Assembly: GCA_963812605.1 (NCBI GenBank)
Contig: CAWEWF010000001.1
Span: forward strand, 1-64,000
Reading direction: 5' to 3'
From: an uncultured Verrucomicrobiae bacterium
GTDB lineage: Bacteria; Verrucomicrobiota; Verrucomicrobiia; Palsa-1439
DNA length: 64,000 nucleotides
The position numbers and the translations under genes were made by a program. Each line of letters starts with the position of its first letter. The stretch's first letter is position 1. Of the stretch, positions 1 to 10,047 are shown in pieces. Below the pieces are notes generated by a model. The model was not told the DNA's origin, made no database searches, and worked only from the letters and a program-made list of their open reading frames with translations.

Positions 1-24
1 GTTCGAGCCCCGTCACTCCCGCCA
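1..24 (+). tRNA. 3' end of tRNA-Asp (T-loop to CCA), cut by the window edge; intact gene or att copy
   Basis: GTTCGAGCCCCGTCACTCCCGCCA. Asp identity is taken from the longer copy at 4207, which carries the CT-GTC-AC anticodon loop. Confidence 0.65.
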
Positions 25-328
25 ATTTGCTATTACTACTTTTGGCGTCATTCCGCGACAAATCGCGTGTTTTGCCTTTATTTTCGCCAACTCCTAGTTC
101 TCCGGTTCCGTGACTTGCGGTGTCAGGAAATGACACTTCTCCCCCGTTTGCGACCGCTAAATGTGGGGACTGGTGTGGAGCTACTTGAGAGGCGGCGTTC
201 AGGTAGCTTGGCAATGACTGAATGGCTGCGAGCGTACCTAGCTGGCTCTCGTCAATGTAGGTCTCGTCCGTCAGCACGCATCATAGGAAGGCGAAAGGGG
301 TGCGAAACCAAAAAATCCTAGCCGCGCC

Positions 329-450
329 CTAACTCCTTGTGGTTCTCTTGGCGGAGTTGATGATTGCCAGCACTGCTGCTCGAATTTCAGTGGAAAGCGT
401 GTCCCATGAGTCTATGACTGTTTGAAGTTCGGGGGGTGTGCCTTTTTTGT
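329..450 (-). CDS. short 'W-x-x-L-(P/S)' helical ORF, island-end associated; start uncertain
   Basis: ELQTVIDSWDTLSTEIRAAVLAIIN resembles NLHKIINSWPRLPAHIKGAILTLV at about 17770-17870. Confidence 0.35.
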
Positions 451-509
451 GTGGTGATAGGTGCGATTTGCTGGTGTGTTTCTCTACATTTTGGGCGGAA
501 AATGCAGCA

Positions 510-543
510 GAGGTTGCGGGTTCGAGCCCCGTCACTCCCGCCA
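510..543 (+). repeat. tRNA-Asp 3' fragment (att-like direct repeat)
   Basis: GAGGTTGCGGGTTCGAGCCCCGTCACTCCCGCCA, identical to 1-24 over the overlap; no D arm or anticodon arm. Confidence 0.85.
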
Positions 544-659
544 ATTTCTTAATGCGGATCTTCTTCTGTTTTCCATTGATCCGGCGGCTTTTCTGGGCGG
601 CGGGACTGTCGCCCTGCTCCGACTGCTACGCAGTCAAAATATAGGCAAAAATGACCCAT

Positions 660-687
660 CGGGTGAGTGTCAGGGTGATAGTTTTTT
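660..687. repeat. non-coding module A, copy 1 (CGGGTGAGTGTCAGGGTGATAGTTT)
   Basis: near-identical copies at 8756, 16518 and 17009. Confidence 0.85.
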
Positions 688-839
688 TGGGAATTCTGGG
701 GGTGGGGTACTGGGCGGTGGGATGCGGGCGGGGGATTTGGCTGGAAGATGGGGGGATCAATAGCAACAAAGCGGTAGTTCCAAAATGGGTCAGGAATTGT
801 AATCGACCAGTCGGCTGGAATATGGGAGAAGTCGAGGTA

Positions 840-1166
840 ATGAACGACGCGCCACTCTACGCATCGAAACGCACAGCCAAAAGTCTCTGGCAGCAATATC
901 GCATCTACCGTGACCGGCTGGAACTGCAATCGTGGGTTCTCCTCCATACAGTTGTTCTGCCGACAGATGCAATCCGCTCTATTGAAGTCCGCCCGTCCAT
1001 TTTTGGCGGCCGGAAAGGCTTCACGTGGGGAATAAAAATCGACAATTGCGATTTGTGCCGTCACGTTTTGCTGACGAAAACAACCGGACTTTTCAAACGC
1101 ATTGGCTTTTCGCCCGACGAACCGGAAAAGTTCGTTGAGATTTGCAAATCAGTTTTGCCAAGTTGA
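840..1166 (+). CDS. hypothetical protein (possibly PH-like)
   Basis: ATG840 follows GAGG. Globular-looking 108 aa. The ORF extension to 651 runs through repeat module A. Confidence 0.55.
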   Translation: MNDAPLYASKRTAKSLWQQYRIYRDRLELQSWVLLHTVVLPTDAIRSIEVRPSIFGGRKGFTWGIKIDNCDLCRHVLLTKTTGLFKRIGFSPDEPEKFVEICKSVLPS

Positions 1167-1818
1167 CTGTTCATTGCGGCAGAAAGCAATGGCGGGCGAC
1201 GGGATTAGTTGGATTGAACTATCTGGCTTTTCGACTTTGGCATCAACTCTCGGCAAATCGCTTTGCAGTGCCATGACCATTGTCTATTCCGCCGCAGAGA
1301 CAACAAATGGAGAACAACCCGCCCTGTTGGTCTTTTCGCCAGCTTGACTTGCGTAAAATGCTTCACTCTCAGCAAGCTTAGCGTGAATGTTCCAAATTGC
1401 ACTTGCGAAGACCGCTTTACGTAAACGGCGGGGCAATGGGCGGAACTGCGGCGGGATGGGGGCGGGCTCGAATTGGCAGGTTGAATGCTCCCTCTAGGAG
1501 CCATGGACGACAAGGGGATCAGCAATCAAAGGCATCTACCCGATTCAAAAAGTTGTCGGACGGGGTATCGGGGGCAATCTCTGGACATTTCGTATTGTCT
1601 GATGGAAAACCCAGACGATTGCGAGCATGCGGTCTGTTTTGGTTGTAGCGTCTTCTGTCGCCATCCGGATCGGCGTAGCTTCGAGAAGACAGATCGGCGT
1701 TGACGGGAGCGTGGCTTCAAGGTGGAACTGGCAGCGGGATGCGGGCGGGGGGACTGGACGGCTGGAATCGGTGGTAAGATCAAGGCGATTGGCATTCTGG
1801 TTGCTACTTACTGCAATC

Positions 1819-2250
1819 ATGCCATCCACAGACCTGTCAGAGTTGACGAAGCCTTACGCCAACATTTACGAATTTAAGACGCTCCTCTTGGTGGACGATG
1901 ATCGCCAGTTGGCGGAGACCCTCCAGTGGATTCTGGCTAGCGAGAATTTCCTCGTGGAGGTTGCTCATAATGGTAATGAAGCGATGGCGAAGATTTCATC
2001 CAACCATTACGATGCGGTTATCTGCGACATCATGATGCCGCAGATGAAAGGCGACGATTTTTTTCGCCAAGCCACAGAGATTCGACCGGAATTTAAAAGG
2101 CGCTTCATCTTCATGACCGGCTTCGGCAATGATCCAGAAGTTCGGTGCTTCTTGGCTAAGTCCGGCGTGAAATGCCTGAGCAAACCATTTCCCGTCAAGA
2201 AACTGATCGAATGCGTCAGAGAACTGCTCGCCGCTGCGACCGCCTCCTAG
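1819..2250 (+). CDS. single-domain response regulator (REC), copy 1
   Basis: LLLVDDD, ICDIMMP, FMTG and LSKPF motifs; paralog at 8882. Confidence 0.9.
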   Translation: MPSTDLSELTKPYANIYEFKTLLLVDDDRQLAETLQWILASENFLVEVAHNGNEAMAKISSNHYDAVICDIMMPQMKGDDFFRQATEIRPEFKRRFIFMTGFGNDPEVRCFLAKSGVKCLSKPFPVKKLIECVRELLAAATAS

Positions 2251-2410
2251 GCGTCATTTCCCCCCTTCTGACCTGTCCTTGCTTAGCGAAGCAATAAAAG
2301 AGAACCGCTCCCCGCCGTTCACTCCTCACCCGCGTCAACCGACGACAATCCGTGCCAAGGGGGTGGTCTCAGTTGCGATAAGGCAGGGTTATCGGCGGGG
2401 GAAAAGAAAA

Positions 2411-2494
2411 GAGAGCCGAGGCTCAACTCTTAGCAAACCCAGCCGACCCAATTCGGCTGAATAATCCTACCCAGAGAGAGCGTCTCGACCCTCC
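2411..2494 (-). ncRNA. candidate end-paired small RNA (module B, copy 1)
   Basis: Minus strand: TTGCCA-16-TACGTT promoter (2527-2500), then GGAGGGUCGAGACGCUC...GAGCCUCGGCUCUC followed by a U tract. Differences from copy 2 become G-U pairs. Confidence 0.45.
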
Positions 2495-2691
2495 GCTGCA
2501 ACGTAAGCGTGATTGGGGGAATGGCAACCGATAGTTTTTGGGGGCCGGTTTCAGTTGGGAACCGGCGGCGGGATGCGGGCGGGGAGAACAGAATCGCTTG
2601 GTAGATAAGATCGCGGCTAGAATCGGCGCCTGCGCAGGATGCTGACTGATGTAGTGGCTGTCGTAAGGATTAGCGCAGGAATATCTGATGA

Positions 2692-3051
2692 TCAGAACAA
2701 GAATTCCACGTTATGAAGTGCCACGATTAACGAGACAACGCCAACCAAGAGAAAAACCTGCCAGTGTGTATCATCGGCATACTGTGTGCGCACGACCCGC
2801 TTCGCCAACTGGCATCCCAGAAAAATTACGGGCGTGGTGATCAGTGCTTCGTAAGTAATCAAACCCGCTTGATGCCCGAGCAAGTATAAAACATCCGCCA
2901 CGAATGGTTTGGCCTCGACCGCTTGGCCTTGACTGATCGCGACCCATGTTGTGGCAAAATCCAAGCCTCGGCCCAGCGCACAGACTGTCATTGCCAGTGT
3001 GCTTCCGTTGGCTTTGCCAACGACCGGTCCCAGTACCCCTACAGTCGCCAT
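2692..3051 (-). CDS. small membrane protein (DUF5658-like), copy 1
   Basis: Three hydrophobic segments and an LDFATT..G.AVEAKP motif; paralog at 8158 with the frame preserved. Confidence 0.7.
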   Translation of the reverse strand: MATVGVLGPVVGKANGSTLAMTVCALGRGLDFATTWVAISQGQAVEAKPFVADVLYLLGHQAGLITYEALITTPVIFLGCQLAKRVVRTQYADDTHWQVFLLVGVVSLIVALHNVEFLF

Positions 3052-3346
3052 ACCCAGAATTGTCCACCCATCTCGCCCGACCCCTATTCAGATTTAATTC
3101 GTATCAGATTACCGTATTTTTGGCAACAACAATCCGACTGATAAGGCTTGTTTTTCCTGCCTTCTATGGCTACGCCGCGAGAGTTGCGAGTTAGCTCATC
3201 ATGTGAGGAAAAGCATATGAAAGGGTACCTGGAGAAACTTGTACGCCAGCTCGGCAAGCAATCAGGCCAGAGTTTAGTCGAGTATTCCAGCGGCTAATTC
3301 CCTCCATTGGCTTGCTTCGGAGTCAGATCGGCAGCAGAATTTCACC

Positions 3347-4072
3347 ATGCCTGCGCACAAACAGACCCCCTACACAGACCTGGCTCGATATTATGACCTG
3401 ATTTATTCGTGGAAGGACTACCAGAAGGAAGCCGCAACCATTCAGCGCCTGATCGTGAAATATAAGAGGTCGAAAGGAAACGACTTGCTTGAAGTCGCTT
3501 GCGGGACGGGCCGGCATATACAGTATCTGAAAGGTAATTTTCGAGCGCTGGGAATCGACAGAAGCGTTGGAATGCTGGGAGTCGCCCGCAAGAACGTCAA
3601 AGGCGCTCTCTTCAAGCGAGCGGATATGGTCACGCTCAATCTAGGGAAGGAGTTCGACGTGATCACCTGCCTTTTCGGCTCGATCGGATATGTAAAGACC
3701 TATACCGACCTGAAACGAACATTGCAGAATTTTGGACGCCACTTGAAGAAGGGCGGCGTGGTCATCATTGAACCGTGGCTGACCAAGGAAATGTTCAAAA
3801 AAGGTCATCCGAGCATGACAACGTATGACGGCAACGACATCAAGATTGCCCGGCTGTGCGTTTCCAAAGTTCGGGGCAGCAGCTCCGTCATGGATATGAA
3901 TTATCTCGTCGCCGAGAGAAACAAAGCGGTGAAGCATTTTATTGATCGCCATGAACTCGGGATGTTTGAATCGCAACGGATTCTTGAGTTCATGCGACAG
4001 GCGGGACTGCGAGCAAAGTTCATTCGGAACGGTTTTACGGACGGACGGGGGCTTTATGTTGGGGTCAAGTAG
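3347..4072 (+). CDS. class I SAM-dependent methyltransferase (TylM1/DesVI-like N-methyltransferase family)
   Basis: LLEVACGTGRH motif I, FDVITCLFGSIGY, YYDLIYSWKDY. Confidence 0.9.
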   Translation: MPAHKQTPYTDLARYYDLIYSWKDYQKEAATIQRLIVKYKRSKGNDLLEVACGTGRHIQYLKGNFRALGIDRSVGMLGVARKNVKGALFKRADMVTLNLGKEFDVITCLFGSIGYVKTYTDLKRTLQNFGRHLKKGGVVIIEPWLTKEMFKKGHPSMTTYDGNDIKIARLCVSKVRGSSSVMDMNYLVAERNKAVKHFIDRHELGMFESQRILEFMRQAGLRAKFIRNGFTDGRGLYVGVK

Positions 4073-4206
4073 AAGAAACGTTTCGGAAAATGACGGCTAG
4101 TCCCTGGCGGCGAGGACTGGCGGCAAGGTCATACCCGCCGTAGGTCGGGTGAGTGCGGCGGGTGGATCCGGCGGCACAACCTCATGGTAGTCAAAAACGA
4201 TTTCGA

Positions 4207-4254
4207 GCCCTGTCACGGCGGAGGTTGCGGGTTCGAGCCCCGTCACTTCCGCCA
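4207..4254 (+). repeat. tRNA-Asp 3' half (anticodon loop to CCA), att-like repeat
   Basis: GCCCTGTCACGGCGGAGGTTGCGGGTTCGAGCCCCGTCACTTCCGCCA; GTC anticodon; 5' half absent. Confidence 0.85.
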
Positions 4255-4322
4255 ATTCCTTTCTTGCGATAATCCGGGACTGCCCTAACGCTTATCATGT
4301 CCACGTCGTTCCGCCCACCCAC

Positions 4323-5625
4323 TTAGCTGGTTGAGAATTGTTGCCGCTCCTGGCTTCCATCCAGCGGCGTGACGGGGTCGATGAAAAGCCAGCAGGCAGC
4401 GCCGATCAGGTAAATTCCCGCGGCGACCCAGAAGCAGATCGTCCAATTGTTGCCGGTGAATTTCAGAATCTGGGCCACGACGAGGGAGCCGACCGCGCCG
4501 CCGAGATTACCCATCATGTTCATGCTGCCGGAGAGCGAACCCGCATACTTGCCGCCAACGTCCATGCAGGCGCCCCAGCCGCTGGGCATCGCGCAATCGT
4601 TGGCGAAGCCGGCCAGTCCGAGGGCGATCATCGCGAGCGTCGGATTCTGAATGTGGGTTGATAGGACCAACATGCTGGCGGCGACAACCAGACCCAGCAG
4701 TGCGGGAATTCGTCGCGCGTGACGCACCGACCCGGTCCAGCGCGCGAGGCGGTGGACAAGCACGCCCACGAATAAACAGGCCAGCCCACCGAAGAAGAGC
4801 GGCAACCCGGACAAAAACGCGCTTTTCGCCAATTGCACACCGCGGGCTTCCTTCAGATAAGTGGGCAGCCACGTGATGTAGAAGTACCAGCCATAACTCA
4901 TGCAAAAGTATTGGAGCCAAAGCAACCACACCGACCGGCTGCGAAGAAATCGTTTCCAAGGGACGTCGCCGTGACCCACGGCGTTCACCTCGGCGCCGTC
5001 GAGCAACGCGAGTTCCGCTGGGTTCACGGAACGATGGTCGCGCGGATGGTCGCGAAACCAGAAATAGAACACGACGGCCCACACCACTCCCAGCGTGCCG
5101 AAAAGAAGAAACGCCTGGCGCCAGTTGAGAATCTGTCATCACCCAGAACACGAGCAGCGGCGTGAACGCCCCGCCCCAGCGCGCGCTCAACCACATGATG
5201 CCCTGCGCGCGGACGCGCTCATTCCAAGGAAGCCAGATGGTGAAGATTTTGGTGAGATTCGGAAAACAGCCGGCTTCGCCCGCGCCAAACAAGAACCGGC
5301 ACACGATCATGGAAGCCAGGTTCCACGCCCAGCCCGTCGCCGCGGTGAAGAATGACCACATGACAACGACACGCATGAGCACACCGCGCGGACCGCGACG
5401 GTCGCCGAGCCAGCCCGCGGGGATTTCGAAGATCGCATAGGCCAGCGTGAACGCCGAGAAGACCCAGCTCATCTGTTCCTTGGTGAAACCAAGGTCGCGT
5501 TGAATATCGTTGGCCGACTGCGAAATACAGACGCGGTCGAAGTAGGTAATCACGGCCAGCGTGACGGCGAAGACGATGACCCAATGCCGCGCCCGCGTCG
5601 GTTGAATGGCGGAGGGTGGTGTCAT
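4323..5625 (-). CDS. MFS transporter, anion:cation symporter (sugar-acid) family; frameshift near 5130
   Basis: ITYFDRVCIS, GWLGDRRGPR and RFLFGAGEAG motifs; two ORFs (4507-5625 and 4323-5087) join into one. Confidence 0.9.
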
Positions 5626-5637
5626 GGCGGGCCGAGC

Positions 5638-6632
5638 TTAATTGACCACGTTGTAGGGCGGTTGCCCCAACAATACGCGCCGGCAGTTTTGGCTGCCTTT
5701 GACGCGCATATCGAGCATTCCTTCCTCGGAATAGAACGCCGAGTGCGGGTTGATGATCAAGCGACCGTGGGCGGGATGTTTCGGATCGCGCCACGCCGCG
5801 ATGAGCGGATGGTCCGGCGCTGGCGGCTCCGTTTCCAACACATCAAGGGCCGCGCCGCGCAAATGCCCGGAGGTAATCCCGTCGAGAATCGCCAGCACAT
5901 CGACCACGCCGCCCCGCGACGTGTTCACCACAAAGGAACCGGGCGGCATCTTCCCGATCGTGTCGCGGTTGATCAGGTGTTTTGTTTCCGCGGTAAGCGG
6001 ACAGTGAAGGCTCACGACGTGGGCTTGGGCGAGAAGTTCATCCAGGGTCTCCGCGGCGCGAATGCCCAGCGACTTGTCGCGGCCCTGGGGCGCGAATGGA
6101 TCGTAATAAACCACCTCCATGCCCAGCGCCTTGGCGCGCAAGGCAGTGGCCGTGCCGATGCGCCCGATGCCCACGATCCCGAACACTCGCCCGCGCAACC
6201 GGTGCAAAGGCTGCGCTTGGGTATGACTCCACGGGCCGGTCCCAGTTGCAAACGGTCGTTCAGATAATGAATGCCTCGCAGCAACGCCAGCGTCATGCCG
6301 ATGGCGGAGTCCGCGACCTCTTCGGTCCCGTAGTCCGGCACGTTCGCCACATGGATGCCGCGCGCCCGGGCCGCCACATGATCCACGTTGTCGAATCCCA
6401 CCCCGCAGCGAACAATGAATCGGCAATTCTTCAACCGTTCAATCGTCCGCGCGCCAATTTGGGTGCGATGATAAATCATGATGGCGTCGGCGTCCTCGAT
6501 TCGGCCCACGAGGTCGTCCTCGGAAGACGCATTCAGCGCCACCACATCGGCCAGGTCGCCCAGGATCCGGCGCTCGTGATCGAGTGGCTCGGTGATGAAA
6601 TCGGTGACAACAACTTTCGCGCGCTGGGTCAT
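5638..6632 (-). CDS. D-isomer-specific 2-hydroxyacid dehydrogenase (CtBP-like); frameshift near 6240
   Basis: RCGVGFDNVD, GIVGIGRIG, VSLHCPLT, NTSRG, INPHSAFYS. Confidence 0.9.
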
Positions 6633-6733
6633 GGCTGAATGATACCCAGCCTTGCATTTTAGTGCGGGTCGAGGCAAGCCAACAAAATAGTTTGGTCTTT
6701 CAAATCCGCGCGGTGAATCGTATATCCGACCCT

Positions 6734-7894
6734 GTGAACGCGCAGTTCAACGTGCCCTCCACGATCCTTGTCGCCGGCGGCGCCAGCCAGCCGCTCGCCG
6801 CTCAAGCCGCACGGCTCGGCGGACGGCGCGCGCTGCTCGTCACCGATGCGACGATGGTCGCCAGCGGACTGGCGCAACGCTGCGTCGACCAACTGGCCGC
6901 CGCCAACATCCCGGCCACCGTCTTCTCCGGCGTGAAACCGGACCCGACCGATGAAAACGTCCGCGACGGACTCGCGTTGTTGCGCAAAACCAACTGCGAT
7001 CTCGTGATTGGCCTCGGCGGCGGCAGCCCGATGGATGCCGCGAAAGTCATCGCCGTCGCCGCCACGAACGACGCACCGCTTCGCGAGTTTGCGGGTTATC
7101 ATCGCATCCGCGCGCCGGCCTGCCGCTGGTGTGCATTCCGACGACGGCCCGGCACCGGCAGCGAAGTGACCAAGGTCGCCGTCATCACGGACACCGAGCG
7201 CGACGTGAAAATGATGATGCTCGACGTTCACCTGCTGGCGCGCGTGGCGCTGGTGGACTTCGAATTGAGCCTGACGATGCCGGCCCCACTCACCGCGCAC
7301 GTCGGCGTGGACACGCTCACCCATGGGATCGAAGCCTTTGTGTCAAAGAAGGCGAATCCGCTGACCGACCCGCTGGCGCTGGAGTGCATCCGCCTGACGG
7401 CAGCGAATCTCTTCACTGCCTGGGAGGAGCCGGGGAACCGCCCGGCGCACGAGGCGATGATGCTCGCGGCCTGCCTTGGCGGGATGGCGTTTGCCAACAG
7501 CAGCGTTTGTCTCGTTCACGGCATGAGCCGTCCCATCGGCGCGATGTTTCACCTGGCGCACGGATTGTCAAACGCGCTGCTCTTGCCAGCACTCACGCGC
7601 TGGTCGCTGCCCGGAGCCGTGGCGCGCTATGCACAGATCGCCCGGTTGGTCGGCGCCGCCGCTAACGGCGCACCGGATGAGACGGCCGCGGCGAGTCTGC
7701 CCGATTATTTGGAAAAGTTGAATGCGCGCCTGGGCATCGGCCGTCTGCGCGATTTCATCAAGATGGATCCGGTTGCCTTCGAGCAGAAGTTACCGGCCAT
7801 GGCGGACGCGGCGCTGGCTTCCGGCAGCCCGCAGAACAATCCGGTTGTCCCCACGGCCGATGAAATAATCGAACTCTATCGCCAGGCTTGGTGA
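6734..7894 (+). CDS. iron-containing alcohol dehydrogenase
   Basis: GGGSPMDAAK, GTGSEVT, DTLTHGIE, HGMS and HGLSNA motifs; compensating indels near 7110-7150. Confidence 0.92.
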   Translation: MNAQFNVPSTILVAGGASQPLAAQAARLGGRRALLVTDATMVASGLAQRCVDQLAAANIPATVFSGVKPDPTDENVRDGLALLRKTNCDLVIGLGGGSPMDAAKVIAVAATNDAPLREFAGYHRIRAPACRWCAFRRRPGTGSEVTKVAVITDTERDVKMMMLDVHLLARVALVDFELSLTMPAPLTAHVGVDTLTHGIEAFVSKKANPLTDPLALECIRLTAANLFTAWEEPGNRPAHEAMMLAACLGGMAFANSSVCLVHGMSRPIGAMFHLAHGLSNALLLPALTRWSLPGAVARYAQIARLVGAAANGAPDETAAASLPDYLEKLNARLGIGRLRDFIKMDPVAFEQKLPAMADAALASGSPQNNPVVPTADEIIELYRQAW

Positions 7895-7915
7895 GGCGGT
7901 ATTCAACAATGGAAA

Positions 7916-7986
7916 AGGTCGCGGGCTCGAGCCCCGGCCCTCGACTCACCACGGCATCGTATGCCTGTTTGCAGGAATAGCAACCG
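7916..7986. repeat. chimeric tRNA-T-arm-like fragment fused to a truncated module B
   Basis: AGGTCGCGGGCTCGAGCCCC (tRNA-like) joined to CTCGACTCACCA...ATCGTA-16-TAGCAA (module B promoter end). Confidence 0.6.
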
Positions 7987-8157
7987 AAATGGCGAGGGGC
8001 AACGGCGGCAAGAGCATTGGCGGGAACTGACGGCGGATGCGGGCGGGATAAGAGAGAAATCGCTTGGTAGATAAGATCGCGGCTAGAATCGGCGCCTGCG
8101 TAGGATGCTGACTGATGTAGTGGCTGTCGTGAGGACTAGCGCAGGAATATCTGATGA

Positions 8158-8517
8158 TCAGAACAAGAATTCCACATTATGAAGTGCCACGATTAACGAG
8201 ACGACGCCAACCAAGAGAAAAACCTGCCAGTGTGTATCATCGGCATACTGTGTGCGCACGACCCGCTTCGCCAACTGGCATCCAAGAAAAATTACGGGCG
8301 TGGTGATCAGTGCTTCGTAAGTAATCAAACCCGCTTGATGCCCGAGCAAGCATAAAACATCCGCCACGAATGGTTTGGCCTCGACCGCCTGGCCTTGACT
8401 GATCGCGACCCATGTTGTGGCAAAATCCAACCCTCGGCCTAGCGCACAGACTGTCATTGCCAGTGTGCTTCCGTTGGCTTTGCCAACGACCTGTCCCAGT
8501 ACCCCTGCCGTCGCCAT
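8158..8517 (-). CDS. small membrane protein (DUF5658-like), copy 2
   Basis: near-identical to 2692-3051. Confidence 0.7.
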   Translation of the reverse strand: MATAGVLGQVVGKANGSTLAMTVCALGRGLDFATTWVAISQGQAVEAKPFVADVLCLLGHQAGLITYEALITTPVIFLGCQLAKRVVRTQYADDTHWQVFLLVGVVSLIVALHNVEFLF

Positions 8518-8723
8518 ACCCAGAATTGTCCACCCATCTCGCCCGACCCCTATTCAGATTTAATTCGTATCAGACTACCGTATTTTTGGCAACAACAATC
8601 CGACTGATAAGGCTTGTTTTTCCTGCCTTCCATGGCTACGCCGCGACAGTTGATAAGTAATTCAGATTCGGCGGCTTGTGCCCATTTGTTTCGCCCCCAG
8701 TTTTGCCCCGTCCCATAGTCAAA

Positions 8724-8783
8724 ACACTCACCCAGAATGGGCGTTTTGCCCCTGTCGGGTGAGTGTCAGGGTGATACTTTTTT
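8724..8783. repeat. module A copy 2, with inverted repeat ACACTCACCC/GGGTGAGTGT
   Basis: IR arms at 8724-8733 and 8757-8766; inner GGGC/GCCC. Confidence 0.85.
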
Positions 8784-8881
8784 GGGGTGATGTCGGGGGC
8801 GGGTTAAGGCAGGAACTGTGCGGCGAGATTCGGCGGGGAGAATTGGGGCGATTGGCATTGTGGCTGCTACTTACCGCAATC

Positions 8882-9313
8882 ATGCCATCCACCGACCTGT
8901 CAGACTTGAGGAAGCCTTACGCGAACATTTACGAATTCAAAACGCTCCTTCTGGTGGACGATGATCGCCAGTTGGCGGAGACCCTCCAGTGGATTCTGGC
9001 TAGTGAGAACTTCCTTGTGGAGGTTGCTCATAATGGTAATGAAGCAATGGCGAAAATTTCAGCCAACCATTACGATGCGGTCGTCTGTGACATCATGATG
9101 CCGCAGATGAAGGGCGACGATTTTTTCCGCCAAGCCACTGAGATTCGACCGGAATTCAAAAATCGCTTCATCTTCATGACCGGCTTTGGCAACGATCCAG
9201 AAGTCCGGTGCTTCCTGGCCAGGTCCGGCGTGAAGTGCCTAAGCAAACCATTCCCCGTCAAGAAACTCATCGAATGCGTCAGAGAACTGCTCGCCGCTCC
9301 GACCCCCTCCTAG
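8882..9313 (+). CDS. single-domain response regulator (REC), copy 2
   Basis: paralog of 1819-2250; differences mostly synonymous. Confidence 0.9.
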   Translation: MPSTDLSDLRKPYANIYEFKTLLLVDDDRQLAETLQWILASENFLVEVAHNGNEAMAKISANHYDAVVCDIMMPQMKGDDFFRQATEIRPEFKNRFIFMTGFGNDPEVRCFLARSGVKCLSKPFPVKKLIECVRELLAAPTPS

Positions 9314-9430
9314 GCGTCATTTTTTCCCCTTCTGACCTGTTCGTGCTGTCTGCCTAGGCTACTTACCCCCTGTGGTTAAGGAGCTTGGAAGGCAGTCCAA
9401 GCTGGCAAGCTGATTGCTTCTTGCAAGAGT

Positions 9431-9820
9431 ATGGATCGCAGCAAAAAAGAATGCGTTCTTGTCATTGACGATGAGAAAGTAGTTCTCGAAATGATCAAGG
9501 ACGCGTTGGAATGCTATGCGTTCAGGGTGTATACGGCTTCCAGCGCCAAAGAAGCCATCGCGGTGTTTCGGGATAACCAGCACGACATTGGCATGGTCCT
9601 GTTGGATTTCTTGCTACCGGACATGTCGGGCGAATGGATTTTTGAGAATCTGCGGTCCCTCGATCCGGACATACAGGTTGTCCTATTGACCGGTTGCGAA
9701 GAATCGGTAGCTGATAGAATGCTCAAAAGGGGTCTGCGGGGCTACCTTCAAAAGCCTTTTGATTTACCAGAGCTTGTTGAGAGAGTTCGCGACGCAATCA
9801 ACTCCCCGGTACTTGCTTAA
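9431..9820 (+). CDS. single-domain response regulator (REC)
   Basis: LVIDDE, LLDFLLPDMSG, LLTG, LQKPF. Confidence 0.9.
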   Translation: MDRSKKECVLVIDDEKVVLEMIKDALECYAFRVYTASSAKEAIAVFRDNQHDIGMVLLDFLLPDMSGEWIFENLRSLDPDIQVVLLTGCEESVADRMLKRGLRGYLQKPFDLPELVERVRDAINSPVLA

Positions 9821-9946
9821 CCCGTAGAACAATCCCTAGCCTGATCTGCGTAACTTCGAGGAAGCCACCTCCGCCCTGATGCCTCTTCCGTAATCTTCGT
9901 CCGCCCATATCCAATCGGGCAGGATTTGGGCGACGGGAAATGAAAA

Positions 9947-10047
9947 GGAGAGTCGAGGCTCGAATCCCGATTACACCCCCCAAACCGCATTCTAAATGCG
10001 ACCTCTCGCCTTTGAGATTTCCCAGCGAGAGAGCGTCTCGACTCTCC
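9947..10047 (-). ncRNA. candidate end-paired small RNA (module B, copy 2)
   Basis: Minus strand: TTGCTA-16-TACGTT (10080-10053), then GGAGAGUCGAGACGCUC...GAGCCUCGACUCUCC-UUUU, with internal hairpins UCUCGC/GCGAGA and CGCAUU/AAUGCG. Confidence 0.45.

Noticed and set aside
510-4254. Intact tRNA genes at 510 and 4207
   Set aside because: Both lack the 5' acceptor strand and D arm, so they are fragments only.
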